Numbered from the whole stretch's first letter, positions 34,407 through 43,686 are shown. The stretch: 63,962 bases of DNA, filler included, from an uncultured Myxococcia bacterium (GCA_964617105.1; 8 parts of 8 records of this genome joined end to end with filler, not necessarily neighbours in it), one strand, 5' to 3'. Numbers and translations: made by a program. Notes: generated by a model not told the origin, from the sequence alone.

Positions 34407-34637
34407 GTGCTCTCCCCTGATTTGATACAGGAACTACAGGATGCCGGTATAAATGGCACCTACTTATATGTTCCAGCCAATGTAGTGGAGAAGCGGGAGG
34501 CTGCCTGTAAAGAGGTTTATCGCCTGTATGAAGAGGAAGGGATGGAATTTAAGGAGATTGCTCAGGAGTTGTTAAAGTCTCCCCGGCGGATACGGCAGAT
34601 GTATAATTATTACCGTGAAAGATATGTGGTATGGTGA
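34407..34637 (+). CDS. Mor/CD3324-like small HTH transcription regulator (N-terminus probably clipped)
   Basis: In-frame upstream KYLHAENVLSPDLIQELQ..YLYVP and C-terminal HTH EFKEIAQELLKSPRRIRQM. Confidence 0.6.
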   Translation: MLSPDLIQELQDAGINGTYLYVPANVVEKREAACKEVYRLYEEEGMEFKEIAQELLKSPRRIRQMYNYYRERYVVW

Positions 34638-34683
34638 TAAAAATATTTTGACCAATGTGGGACTAAGTGATATAGTTATAACT

Positions 34684-35052
34684 GTGGACAACTTAATGAC
34701 AAAACATTTTTCTAAATGGGTATCAAAGCATCAGATACCGACAAAGGCTCTATATGAGGCTTTGCAGGAACTACAATCTGGAATCTATGAAGCAAGTTTG
34801 GGAGGTCATCTTTACAAAAAAAGGATAGCCTTTGCAGGGCAAGGGAAATCCGGAAGTGGAAGAACCATTATTTGCTATAACAAAGAAGATAGAGCCATTT
34901 TTGTTCACGGCTTTGCTAAAAATGAAAAGTCGAATCTGTCTAAAAAGGAGTTTTTGGCATTTAAGGAATTAGCAAAAATTCTATTGGGACTAGAAGCAAG
35001 CCAGATAAAAAAAGCCATAGAGGACGGAACTTTTATAGAGGTGAAACCATGA
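34684..35052 (+). CDS. RelE/HigB-2-like type II toxin
   Basis: TKHFSKW..SLGGHLYKKRIA..GKSGSGRTI..GFAKNEKSNL; overlaps the downstream HTH gene. Confidence 0.88.
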   Translation: MDNLMTKHFSKWVSKHQIPTKALYEALQELQSGIYEASLGGHLYKKRIAFAGQGKSGSGRTIICYNKEDRAIFVHGFAKNEKSNLSKKEFLAFKELAKILLGLEASQIKKAIEDGTFIEVKP

Positions 35053-35354
35053 GAAAATCTATTGCAAACTCAATTAAAAATACGGTTAGTGATTTAAATA
35101 AAAGCGGTCTGGTTGATGATATTACCATGAAAAATATTGAAGCCCTCTGTCTTTCCGAAATTCCCGATTACAGTCCTGATAAAATTATATCCATAAGAAA
35201 AAAATTTAAACTGAGCCAGGCTGCCTTGGCCACTATTTTCAACCTTAGCACTTCTACAATTCAAAAGTGGGAACACGGTCACAAAAAGCCAACAGGTGCT
35301 TCAAAAAAACTCTTAAATCTTATCGAAAGAAAAGGTCTGGAGGCTGTTATTTAG
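35049..35354 (+). CDS. Xre-HTH antitoxin (HigA-2-like)
   Basis: IRKKFKLSQAALA..STIQKWEHGHKKPTG; ATGA overlap with the toxin gene. Confidence 0.88.
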   Translation: MRKSIANSIKNTVSDLNKSGLVDDITMKNIEALCLSEIPDYSPDKIISIRKKFKLSQAALATIFNLSTSTIQKWEHGHKKPTGASKKLLNLIERKGLEAVI

Positions 35355-35363
35355 ACATCCTTC

Positions 35364-35633
35364 TTATTTTGCTGCTCTCATCTCCTCACGAATCACTTTT
35401 CTCAAAGTTGCCTCATCAATTGGTTTGCAACCTATGGTTTCCCTGAGAGCCTGGTTGATGAGGGTTTGATATCCCAGCCCTTCAATCTTTGCCTTTTCTT
35501 TAAAACTCTGCAGGATTTCATTATCCAGCATAATGGTAATGCGGGTCTTCCCCTTGGTCCCAGCCTGTAATTTTGCCAGGTGAGGGACATCTTGGGCTCT
35601 TTTAGCCTTTGAAAAATCGTAATTTTTACGCAT
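35364..35633 (-). CDS. brnA: BrnA family antitoxin
   Basis: MRKNYDFSKAKR..KTRITIMLDNEI..GYQTLINQALR. Confidence 0.9.
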   Translation of the reverse strand: MRKNYDFSKAKRAQDVPHLAKLQAGTKGKTRITIMLDNEILQSFKEKAKIEGLGYQTLINQALRETIGCKPIDEATLRKVIREEMRAAK

Positions 35634-35892
35634 AACTCTTTGCCTCCCTCTTTGTCGCTTTGCGGGCGGAAATGATTCGGATATTTTCATTAGACCGCAA
35701 CGTATAGACAACCGTAACCAATCTTACCTGGTCACTCAATCCTATCAGCACCCAACGGTTTTCACCCTCAGCATCGGGGTCTTCACGAACCAGAGCTTGA
35801 GGATCAAAAAGTGCTGTGGCCGCTTCTTCAAAGGAAATTCCATGTTTGTCAAAGTTAGACTCTGCTTTTAGTTGATCAAATTCTATCTCCAT
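35626..35892 (-). CDS. brnT: BrnT family toxin
   Basis: EFDQLKAESNFDKHGISFEEA..RIISARKATKRE. Confidence 0.92.
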   Translation of the reverse strand: MEIEFDQLKAESNFDKHGISFEEAATALFDPQALVREDPDAEGENRWVLIGLSDQVRLVTVVYTLRSNENIRIISARKATKREAKSYA

Positions 35893-35902
35893 GTCTTTTA
35901 TT

Positions 35903-35927
35903 ATGCATATATTATATGCATTGTCAA
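35903..35927 (-). promoter_or_regulatory. brnTA promoter with palindromic operator
   Basis: Perfect inverted repeat ATGCATATA-T-TATATGCAT (35903-35921) next to a TTGACA -35 box on the minus strand (35922-35927). Confidence 0.7.
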
Positions 35928-36157
35928 CTTTTTCAAACATTTTACCAAAATAGCACTGCGGCAAATATCCATTGATCGCCGGAAAAAGCGCAGCAATCAG
36001 TGCTGGTTTTTCCTAATGAATTCACCAGGTTCGCCTATACAAAAGTTGTTTCCCCCCGAATATTTGAACCTATTTTTGGAGTATGAGATGATATAGTCAA
36101 AAGGCGAGCAATCCAAGATGGGAGTAAGGCAAGAAGTCATTTGTCGAGGAGATATCA

Positions 36158-36733
36158 GTGTTCAACGAACATGCCAAACGATGCCAGGCGAAAAACAATA
36201 AAGGGGGGCAATGTAAAAATCCGGCAATGGGTGACAGCGATTTTTGCAACAGACACCAAAAGCCCCGGCAGCATCTTCAGGTCAATAAGTGGGACGAATG
36301 CCCCATGGCGTTGGCCTTGAAAAATCCAGGGGAGCAGAGTTTACTGGTTTCGGTTTTGGAAAAGATAGAGGCCAATTTTACTCTCAACGATTCATCGGAC
36401 TGGATTCAGGCGCAGGTGGCGGCTTTTTGTTTTGTGAAACTTATCCAGGGGGTGGGTGATGATATTTTTGAGATGCAGAAACACTATGACACCATGCTTC
36501 GGCAGAACCTCAGCAGTTTGAAGTTGACCAGGGAAAAGAGGGAGGGAACTGAGGTAAAATTTTGTGCACCCGCTGATTGGGCGGCTGATCTTTTGGCTGA
36601 GGTATCAAAAAGAGGAGAGGATAAAGATAGTGGTGTTGGGGCAAATAAGGATGGAGATGGGCGAAAATCGGAAAAAAAGGTCGCAGAAGACGGTGTGATT
36701 GGATTGGTAAGTAACGGGAATAACGAGATATAG
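36158..36733 (+). CDS. Phage-like hypothetical protein with N-terminal CxAxxxxGxxC..C..H zinc finger (possible small terminase)
   Basis: RCQAKNNKGGQCKNPAMGDSDFCNRH; GAGGAG RBS; a MuF gene lies nearby. Confidence 0.55.
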   Translation: MFNEHAKRCQAKNNKGGQCKNPAMGDSDFCNRHQKPRQHLQVNKWDECPMALALKNPGEQSLLVSVLEKIEANFTLNDSSDWIQAQVAAFCFVKLIQGVGDDIFEMQKHYDTMLRQNLSSLKLTREKREGTEVKFCAPADWAADLLAEVSKRGEDKDSGVGANKDGDGRKSEKKVAEDGVIGLVSNGNNEI

Positions 36734-37115
36734 GATTTGGCAAGATGGCACAGAACACATATTCTCTGACCTTTTTCCAACCCACTGAAATCACATCAAT
36801 TTTTAAAACAAACAATTCCACTCAAAAATTTTACAATCCCAAAAATACAACCGGAAATTTCTTTTGTATAATTTTCCTCACAATATTTACACTATTCACC
36901 CCAAAAACCGTTTGTTCAAAAACTCTGGCTAAAACTCTGCTGAATCTGGCTGAAACCCGGCTGAAACTCTGGTTGATATTTTTTCTCAATTGGCCAAGAT
37001 CAGGTATAGCAATAACCATGCCAGAAAAAACAGCCCAAAAAACGGGATTTTGAAGGTGCTTATGGTTGAGTGCTATACAAAGAAAATTTCCCCAGAAAAA
37101 TCAAGGATGAGTGGA

Positions 37116-37769
37116 CTAAATATTTTCTTCGAGAACATCTTCAAGTTCATTATCAAGAAGATGAGTGTATATTTGGGTGGTGCTGATATGGCGATGGCCG
37201 AGTGCTTTGGAAACCAGCAAGAGATTTTTCTGGCTGCGGCTGTAAAGATGGGTGGCAAAGGTATGGCGCAGGGAATGCACGGTCACATGCTTTTTGATCC
37301 CAGCCTGGGATATCCACTGCCCAAATCGTCTCTCCACCTGACGGCTGGAGATCCTATTGCCTCTGTTGGAGATAAAAAGCGCCGGACTATCTGTGATGAT
37401 GTTCTTGCGTTTTTTCAGCCATTTTCTCAAAAGCCGGCGCAATCTGGTATTGATGAACCTGGTTTCGCTCCTTCCGCCTTTGACCATGATATCGATTTTT
37501 TTCTCATCCAGCCTTACATGGTTAATGTCGAGGTTGACCAGTTCGGACAATCTTATTCCGGTTCCGAGAAAAATCTCTACCATGACCAGGTCTCTTTGGG
37601 CGGCATCGCCTTTTTGCCTGCTGATAGTTTTCACCAGCAGTTTTCGTTCATCGACAGTAAGGTAAACCGGCTCTTTGCGCTCAGTCCGCTGGATACTCAA
37701 TCCCCGGGCAGGATTTTTATCCATAATATCGTAATCCACCAGAAAATTGCCAAAAGATCGCAAGGCCAA
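37116..37769 (-). pseudogene. Tyrosine recombinase (XerC/D-like) catalytic domain lacking its N-terminal domain
   Basis: GIRLSEL, VKGG, HSLRHTFAT, LGH and TQIYTH catalytic residues are intact; the ORF begins abruptly at ALRSF. Confidence 0.85.
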
Positions 37770-38450
37770 GCCTACCGGCTTTCACATTTGCAGGCATTGA
37801 GAAACAATATCAACAGGATTGCCGCTGAATTGGAAGAAGGTCTGTCGGTGATAGCACCAAATCAGGCAGAGCAGGCGTTCAGCCTTGGTATAAAAGATGG
37901 TGTCAGGGAGATGAAATACCTGAAGATTCCTGATTATACTTCGCTGAAGGCTGGTGAGGTCAATGCTCTTGTTGATGCTATCTTTACCACTATTGACAGA
38001 GAGGCACTCGATTTTTTTATAAGATACCGGATGCAATTGGCTGGTGGTGTTGCCGAGCAACTTCAATACGAGATAAAAACCAGGATTACCGCCGGAATTC
38101 TATCTGGTAAAAGCACACCGGGTATGGTCAGAGAGATCGGTAAGGTTATTGACAAACCGGAGGAATTCAAAAAAACGGGAAAAACGGTTTTTAAAAGCAC
38201 CCAGCAAAGATTGAGATTGATCTACCGCACCGAGGTAAACCGGGCTCATAACGGGGGCCGTGTAGCATTTTACAAAGAAATCGGTATCAAAAAAGTCCAG
38301 TGGTGGGCAGCCCTGGATAGAAGAACATGCCAGGAATGTGCCTCCAGGCATGGGCAGGTGTATGATGTGGATGGATTGGATTTACCGCCCCAGCACAGTA
38401 GGTGCAGGTGTTGTTTGATGAGTTATCTGGGCAATCAAATCGCTATGTAA
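37770..38450 (+). pseudogene. Phage minor head morphogenesis protein (MuF/SPP1 gp7), 5' truncated
   Basis: RLIYRTEVNRAHN..WWAALDRRTCQECASRHG..PPQHSRCRC. It has no own start; the frame continues into the antisense strand of the integrase. Confidence 0.85.
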
Positions 38451-38513
38451 ACTAATAGAAATCATAGATACCATGTTTGAGCAATAACTTCGTTGCCATA
38501 TATGGTGGCCCAT

Positions 38514-38544
38514 TAATAGCCTATTTTGTAATTAGTAGCCAATT
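38514..38544. repeat. 31-bp direct repeat, copy 1 (downstream of fic)
   Basis: TAATAGCCTATTTTGTAATTAGTAGCCAATT, identical to 39648-39678. Confidence 0.95.
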
Positions 38545-38573
38545 GAATTACAGTTTCAATAGTTCAATGAGTA

Positions 38574-39623
38574 TTATGGAATAACTTCCCATCGAGCACC
38601 ACGTCCCTTACCGATAAGGTGAACTTTGCCTTGTTTTTTCAACTCTGCCAGAACTTTTTTGATAAGTTGTGGACTGGCTGACGGTAATTGGGCAGTAAGA
38701 TTTCCTAAGGTAAATTGCTCTACTTGGGCGAGAATTGTTTGTCTGACAATGTCGCTTTTAACTGAACGGGTCACTGTCGATTCTACTTTCTCCTCTAACT
38801 CCTTAAAAGCACGGCGTAATACACTCAGAAAGTAATTCCACCATGGAATTATTTCGTTCTCACCTTCATGCCACCCATGAGAGCATTCAGCCAAGACTCT
38901 GTAGTAATCTTCCTTGCTCTGCTCTATAATGCGTTCCAGGCTGATATACCTGGCAACATCAAAACCATGGGCCTGTAATAAAAGCGTTGTGCATAGTCGG
39001 GAAACGCGGCCGTTTCCATCTCGAAAAGGGTGAATGCATAAAAGATCAAACACGAAAGTGGCCACAATTAAAAGTGAAGGGGCGCAATCATCTTCACAAA
39101 TTTTTCGATACTCCTGGCAAAGACTATCCACCGCCTGGGGAGTATCACTCGCCGATGTGGGCACAAATCGAACTTTCCTCTCGCCATTTGGCAGGATTTC
39201 AATAATCTCATTGTCACGTTTTTTCCACTCTCCAGCATCGCCGGAAAAACCGCCCTGACAAAAACTATGAAGTTGTTGAATAACTTTTGGTATGATTGAG
39301 ACCTTACGTTGACGCGAAAAAATCCAATCCAACGCCTGTCTGTAACCGGCCAATTCCTCTTCTGAGCGGTCTTTGGGTTTAGTTTTTTCTATAACAACCG
39401 GTCGAAGTCTTTGGGCTGGTATGGTTACTCCTTCAAGTCTATTTGATGATTCCACACTTTGGATTATGGCTTGCTCTCGAAGGACCTCAAGAACTTCGGG
39501 TTTTTGCCTAATCCAGAGTTCCTGCTTTCCGCGGGCTTCCATACACGATCCAAGCAGCCAGCCCGTACCCACCGGGATTGATTTTCCAAGTAATTTATTT
39601 GGGGATAAAGACAACAATTGCAA
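38574..39623 (-). CDS. Fic family protein with C-terminal winged HTH
   Basis: HPFRDGNGRVSR Fic motif; VESSNRLEG inhibitory-helix-like motif; C-terminal wHTH (GKGRGARW). Confidence 0.93.
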   Translation of the reverse strand: MQLLSLSPNKLLGKSIPVGTGWLLGSCMEARGKQELWIRQKPEVLEVLREQAIIQSVESSNRLEGVTIPAQRLRPVVIEKTKPKDRSEEELAGYRQALDWIFSRQRKVSIIPKVIQQLHSFCQGGFSGDAGEWKKRDNEIIEILPNGERKVRFVPTSASDTPQAVDSLCQEYRKICEDDCAPSLLIVATFVFDLLCIHPFRDGNGRVSRLCTTLLLQAHGFDVARYISLERIIEQSKEDYYRVLAECSHGWHEGENEIIPWWNYFLSVLRRAFKELEEKVESTVTRSVKSDIVRQTILAQVEQFTLGNLTAQLPSASPQLIKKVLAELKKQGKVHLIGKGRGARWEVIP

Positions 39624-39647
39624 CTACCTCTCTAGTTAGTAGCCTAA

Positions 39648-39678
39648 TAATAGCCTATTTTGTAATTAGTAGCCAATT
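39648..39678. repeat. 31-bp direct repeat, copy 2 (upstream of fic)
   Basis: Identical to 38514-38544. Confidence 0.95.
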
Positions 39679-39732
39679 CTTTTTTCAGTAAATTGCATTA
39701 CCTATCTGACACGTTTATTTTTAGTTGTTACC

Positions 39733-40875
39733 TGTACCTCCCAAAAACTCCATCTGTCCCATCAGTGTAGCATATTTCCCGACATCCAGCGACATTTTTT
39801 CCTTCCAGATTGAGAGAATATATTGTAGAATATAAAGAGATGGTTGGGTTTACGGCTTCTTTAGCCGTTCAGATAAAATAAATCTGGCTTTAAGACAGAC
39901 CAATCCACTCACGAGAAAATCGTTTTAACAACCATTAACTCAGTTCTTTGACAATCGAATATCAGGCAGCCAGTTTCTTTTTCTCTTGCCAGGCGTAACG
40001 ATGGTGGAGACCGCCGAGTCTCGGTAGGGCAACGACCTTAGCATTTGCAGACAGCTTCTGCTCAATGGGTCTACCACCCGGAGTATCCTTACCCAGAGCA
40101 ATATGAGTCCGATCATTGTGATAATAGTCAACGTATTCTGTTATCAGCCTGCGGAGATGACGCTCATTAAATATAATCACATGATGTATCATATCCTCTC
40201 TGGCACTTCTAACCCACCTTTCCGCAATTCCATTTTGCCATGGCATTTTGTAGCCAATAATTTTGCTTTTTATCCCAAGCGCCTTGATAGTGGCCTTAAC
40301 TTTTTTATCAAATATGCGATCCCTGTCAAAGATTAGATATTTTGGAGCGGTGTTCCAGGGAAAGGTTTCTCTCAATTGCAGCCGAACCCAGAATGAGTTG
40401 GGATGCTCAGTTATGTTCCAGTGAACTATCTTCCTGGTGGCGTGATCAATTATGAAGAAAACATAAAGCAGGGTGAAGTTGACAGTTGGCACTACGAAGA
40501 AGTCCATGGCACAGGTCACATCCCGGTGATTTTTCAGGAATGTTTTCCAGTTTTGCATTTTTCTGGGGTCGGGTGGTTTTTTGGGCAGATAATTCGAGAT
40601 TGTGTTTTGGCAAACATCAAAGCCGAGTTTTTTTAATTCACCATGGATTCTGGGAGCACCCCAGGATGGATTTTCTTTGGCCATTTGTTTTATTAATTTT
40701 CTAATTTCAGAATCGGTTTTGGGTCTGCCAGTTTTCTTGCCCTCCTGGCATTTTTTATTCGAAAAGTTTTTAAATCTCTGCTTTTGCCAATGGATGACAG
40801 TTTCCATCTTGACGATAATGAGTGAATTAGTCCAGTTTTTCCAGATTTGCTTTAGAGCGACCCAGAAAGTTCTGT
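39733..40875 (-). mobile_element. Insertion sequence with rve-integrase-core (DDE) transposase at 39962->40875 (IS481/IS3-superfamily-like), cut by the contig end
   Basis: WGAPRIHGELKKLG, AMDFFVV, LIFDRD, NGIAERWV, YYHNDRTH, LGGLHHRY; probable terminus TGTACCTCCCAAAAACTC at 39733. Confidence 0.85.
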
Positions 40876-40982
40876 NNNNNNNNNNNNNNNNNNNNNNNNN
40901 NNNNNNNNNNNNNNNNNNNTTAATTAATTAANNNNNNNNNNNNNNNNNNNNNNNNNNNNNNNNNNNNNNNNNNNNTAAATCA

Positions 40983-41090
40983 ATGGCCTATTATGAAAAT
41001 TTGCCAATATACAAGGCAATTTACGATTTGACCAAAGATGTTTTGCCGCGGGTGGGCAAGTTTCCCAAAAACTACAAGTTTAGTCTGGGC
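40983..41090 (+). pseudogene. avd: Avd (DGR accessory variability determinant / four-helix bundle) N-terminal stub, 36 codons
   Basis: MAYYENLPIYKAIYDLTKDVLPRVGKFPKNYKFSLG matches the Avd N-terminal pattern and is fused in frame to the template repeat. Confidence 0.75.
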
Positions 41091-41217
41091 AACAGTAACC
41101 GCGTTCTTCGTGGCGGTAGTTGGAACAACAATGCCAGGAACCTGCGCGCGTCTAATCGCAACAGGAACAGGCCGGACAACAGGAACAACAATAACGGCTT
41201 TCGTTGCGCCCGGGACT
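41088..41217 (+). mobile_element. DGR template repeat (TR) for a CLec/FGE-sulfatase-type variable region
   Basis: Translates as NSNRVLRGGSWNNNARNLRASNRNRNRPDNRNNNNGFRCARD; 14 of 42 codons are Asn (11 AAC, 3 AAT), at the positions that vary in RGGSW..GFR targets. Confidence 0.9.
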
Positions 41218-41455
41218 GCAATATTTACTATGCCTTTGACAATATACACCTGCCTTAAAGCAGGTAGTGGTGGGTGTTTATTATGACAAAAGTGGTTAGC
41301 CAGAATCTGTCCGCGGATTGCGGCTGGAGTGTGCTTTCTGTAGTCCTGCCCCTTTTCCTGGGCTGGTTTTTAGATAAGCCAGGCCGAATATTACTTAATC
41401 GGCAGCGGCTGGTAGATTATCAACAATCGAATGTGGCTGCCGGTTTTTAAAACAC
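41218..41455 (+). ncRNA. Putative DGR spacer (structured RNA downstream of the TR)
   Basis: Hairpins (ACCTGC-CTTAAA-GCAGGT; CCTGG..CCAGG; CGGCAGC..GCTGCCG) and motifs resembling TR-RT spacers, recognised by eye only. Confidence 0.45.
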
Positions 41456-41486
41456 CAACCACCATACAACCACAGGACACAAACCA

Positions 41487-42581
41487 ATGAAAACCAACCA
41501 AATCTCAGTTTATCAGGCGGTGTTACCATATCCCCAACTGTTAATCTTTCTGTTTTTATTGTTTGCCATCGCCATCTCAGTGATCTCCTGCGCTCCAGCC
41601 ACAAAGCAGTTGCCGCTCTATTTTGACAATCCCTACCAGCATCCCAAGTTTCCGGAGTCGCTATATATTGCTGCCAGCGGGTTTTCGGTCAAATCGATGG
41701 ATGAGGCGGAAAAGCGGGCCAAAGTGAGGGTGTCTGAGCAGGTGAAGTCGCAGATTGAGTCTTTGGTGGAGGCCAAAGAGCGGGATGTGCAAAGCGGGGG
41801 CAAGAGTGAGTTTAAAGGTGAGTATCTGCGGGTGCTCAGGGCTAAAACTTCTTTTTCGCATGCTGAGATGATCAAAATTGACTATCAGTCCGGCCATAAA
41901 TCTGCCAAGGGATTTTATGCATTTGCAACTTTAAAACGGGCGGTGATTAAAAAGGTGCTGGCCCAGGAATATCAGCGGTTGGCCCGGGAGTTTCGGGAAA
42001 AAGCCAAAGCAGCGCTTTACACTGTTTCTCCATTTACCTTTGGCCCCAACTTTAACAGCGCTGCTGACCAGATGGCGCTGATTACTGCCAAGAATTTTGA
42101 AATCAGGGCGATAGGCGGCAATTTCCGCCAATATGGGCAAGATGAAAAACTGTTTAAGCAACTGTTGGCCCAAAAGGCCAAAATAGTCTCTAGCATCAAC
42201 CTGACCGTCACTTTGCGAACCAACCTGGCCCGGGCTCAGGCTGATGCTTTTTTGGCAAAGGTCAAATCAGGACTTTCAGATCTGGGAATCCGCGCCTCGC
42301 TGGGAGGCCGCTGCTTCCGCGACCAGGGCCTGGCTATCAATGCCCAGGCCAGATGTGAGCGGGGATTTTTGGGGCCGGTATGCAAATTGGACATCAAAGG
42401 GGCTATCAAAGACTGCGTGACCAACAAAACCTGGGGCAAGGTAGATCTAAGCCGGCCGGAGTTCAAAGGCGCTCACACCAAAGACAAAGGCCAGGCCCTC
42501 CAAAAAATGATGGAAAAAGTGGAGCAGGGCAATATGGCCGATATTTTGCGACAGCAGTTATCTGGTTCGTTGCCGTTGTGA
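41487..42581 (+). CDS. LPP20-family lipoprotein
   Basis: Lipobox VISC; YIAASG..EAEKRAKVRVSEQVKSQI LPP20-like helix. Confidence 0.65.
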   Translation: MKTNQISVYQAVLPYPQLLIFLFLLFAIAISVISCAPATKQLPLYFDNPYQHPKFPESLYIAASGFSVKSMDEAEKRAKVRVSEQVKSQIESLVEAKERDVQSGGKSEFKGEYLRVLRAKTSFSHAEMIKIDYQSGHKSAKGFYAFATLKRAVIKKVLAQEYQRLAREFREKAKAALYTVSPFTFGPNFNSAADQMALITAKNFEIRAIGGNFRQYGQDEKLFKQLLAQKAKIVSSINLTVTLRTNLARAQADAFLAKVKSGLSDLGIRASLGGRCFRDQGLAINAQARCERGFLGPVCKLDIKGAIKDCVTNKTWGKVDLSRPEFKGAHTKDKGQALQKMMEKVEQGNMADILRQQLSGSLPL

Positions 42582-42605
42582 GTTTTTTTAAGATGATTTA
42601 AGGCT

Positions 42606-43601
42606 ATGACAATGAATAAAAAAAAGGTTATTACCGCCATTTTGACCATATTTTTGCTGTCCGGCATATTGGCTCTCTTTTTGGGGCTAAATCTCAGTTA
42701 CAACCATCTAAAGCCCAAAATTATCCAAATCGTCAAAGAGCAGACGGGCCGTGACCTCTTTATTGAGGGCGATATTGCGCTGGCGATTTCGTTGTCACCG
42801 GAGATTGTTATTAGTAATGTTGGTTTGCAAAATGCCCCCTGGGGCTCCAGGCCAAATTTGCTTACGGTTGAAAAAATCGGCGTTAAGGTCAATTTGTTGC
42901 CTTTAATCAGGGGCATTTTACAAATTACCCGGGTTTTCATTGAGCAACCGGACATAATTGTTGAGTTTAATAAATCTGGTGCATCCAACTTTGATTTTAC
43001 CCGGGAAAAATTGTCTGAAAAGCCAAAATCCGCTGTTGAAAACTCTAAAGACGCCAAGAAATCCTCTGAAGATAGTAATTTTGCTCTTTTTTTACATCAC
43101 CTGGAGGTTATTAAACCGGTGGTTACATACAAAGACCATCAACAGCCAAACAGTTTTACTTTGCCAATTGACAAGATAGAAATAACCAGTGATGAAAAAC
43201 TCGATTTTAGTAGCGGCCGTCTGGCTGGAAAAATAGATATTCAGGCTTTAGGCGCCCGGGGATCCGTTAATGGTAAGATAGGTAATTTTAACACCTTTAG
43301 CAGGGTAGATTTATCTTTTGAAGTTGTTCACTTCCAGGTTGAAAAATGGGCCAAAATATTTGGCAGTGCCAGTCTGGATTTGGGCAATATTGATCTATCA
43401 GGAAAGTTTGTCGATAAAAAGGCAGGCATCTATCTTCTCTCTGATTTAGAGATAAATTTTCCAGAAAACCATTTGGGCGGCGGGATAATCTTTCGTAAAC
43501 ATAAAACACAGCCCATGTCGCTAAAAGCCTCTCTCTTTTCAAAGCAGATTGATTTAAAGCCATTTCTCTCTTTTAGCATTGCTGATAAAAATAGTGGCTG
43601 A
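42606..43601 (+). CDS. AsmA family protein (short, possibly truncated)
   Basis: N-terminal TM; KPKIIQIVKEQTGRDLFIEGDI..LQNAPWGSRP..LLPLIRG AsmA N-terminal pattern. Confidence 0.8.
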   Translation: MTMNKKKVITAILTIFLLSGILALFLGLNLSYNHLKPKIIQIVKEQTGRDLFIEGDIALAISLSPEIVISNVGLQNAPWGSRPNLLTVEKIGVKVNLLPLIRGILQITRVFIEQPDIIVEFNKSGASNFDFTREKLSEKPKSAVENSKDAKKSSEDSNFALFLHHLEVIKPVVTYKDHQQPNSFTLPIDKIEITSDEKLDFSSGRLAGKIDIQALGARGSVNGKIGNFNTFSRVDLSFEVVHFQVEKWAKIFGSASLDLGNIDLSGKFVDKKAGIYLLSDLEINFPENHLGGGIIFRKHKTQPMSLKASLFSKQIDLKPFLSFSIADKNSG

Positions 43602-43686
43602 TACGACGTTAGTTGTGTACGTTTCAGGGCAGAATGACTATATGAACCATAGTCTTTTGACTATTTCCACTACACAGGAGTAATAA

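Noticed and set aside
36990-37769. N-terminal half of the 486-aa plus-strand ORF as a real protein
   Set aside because: It is the antisense shadow of the tyrosine recombinase, which has all catalytic motifs on the minus strand.
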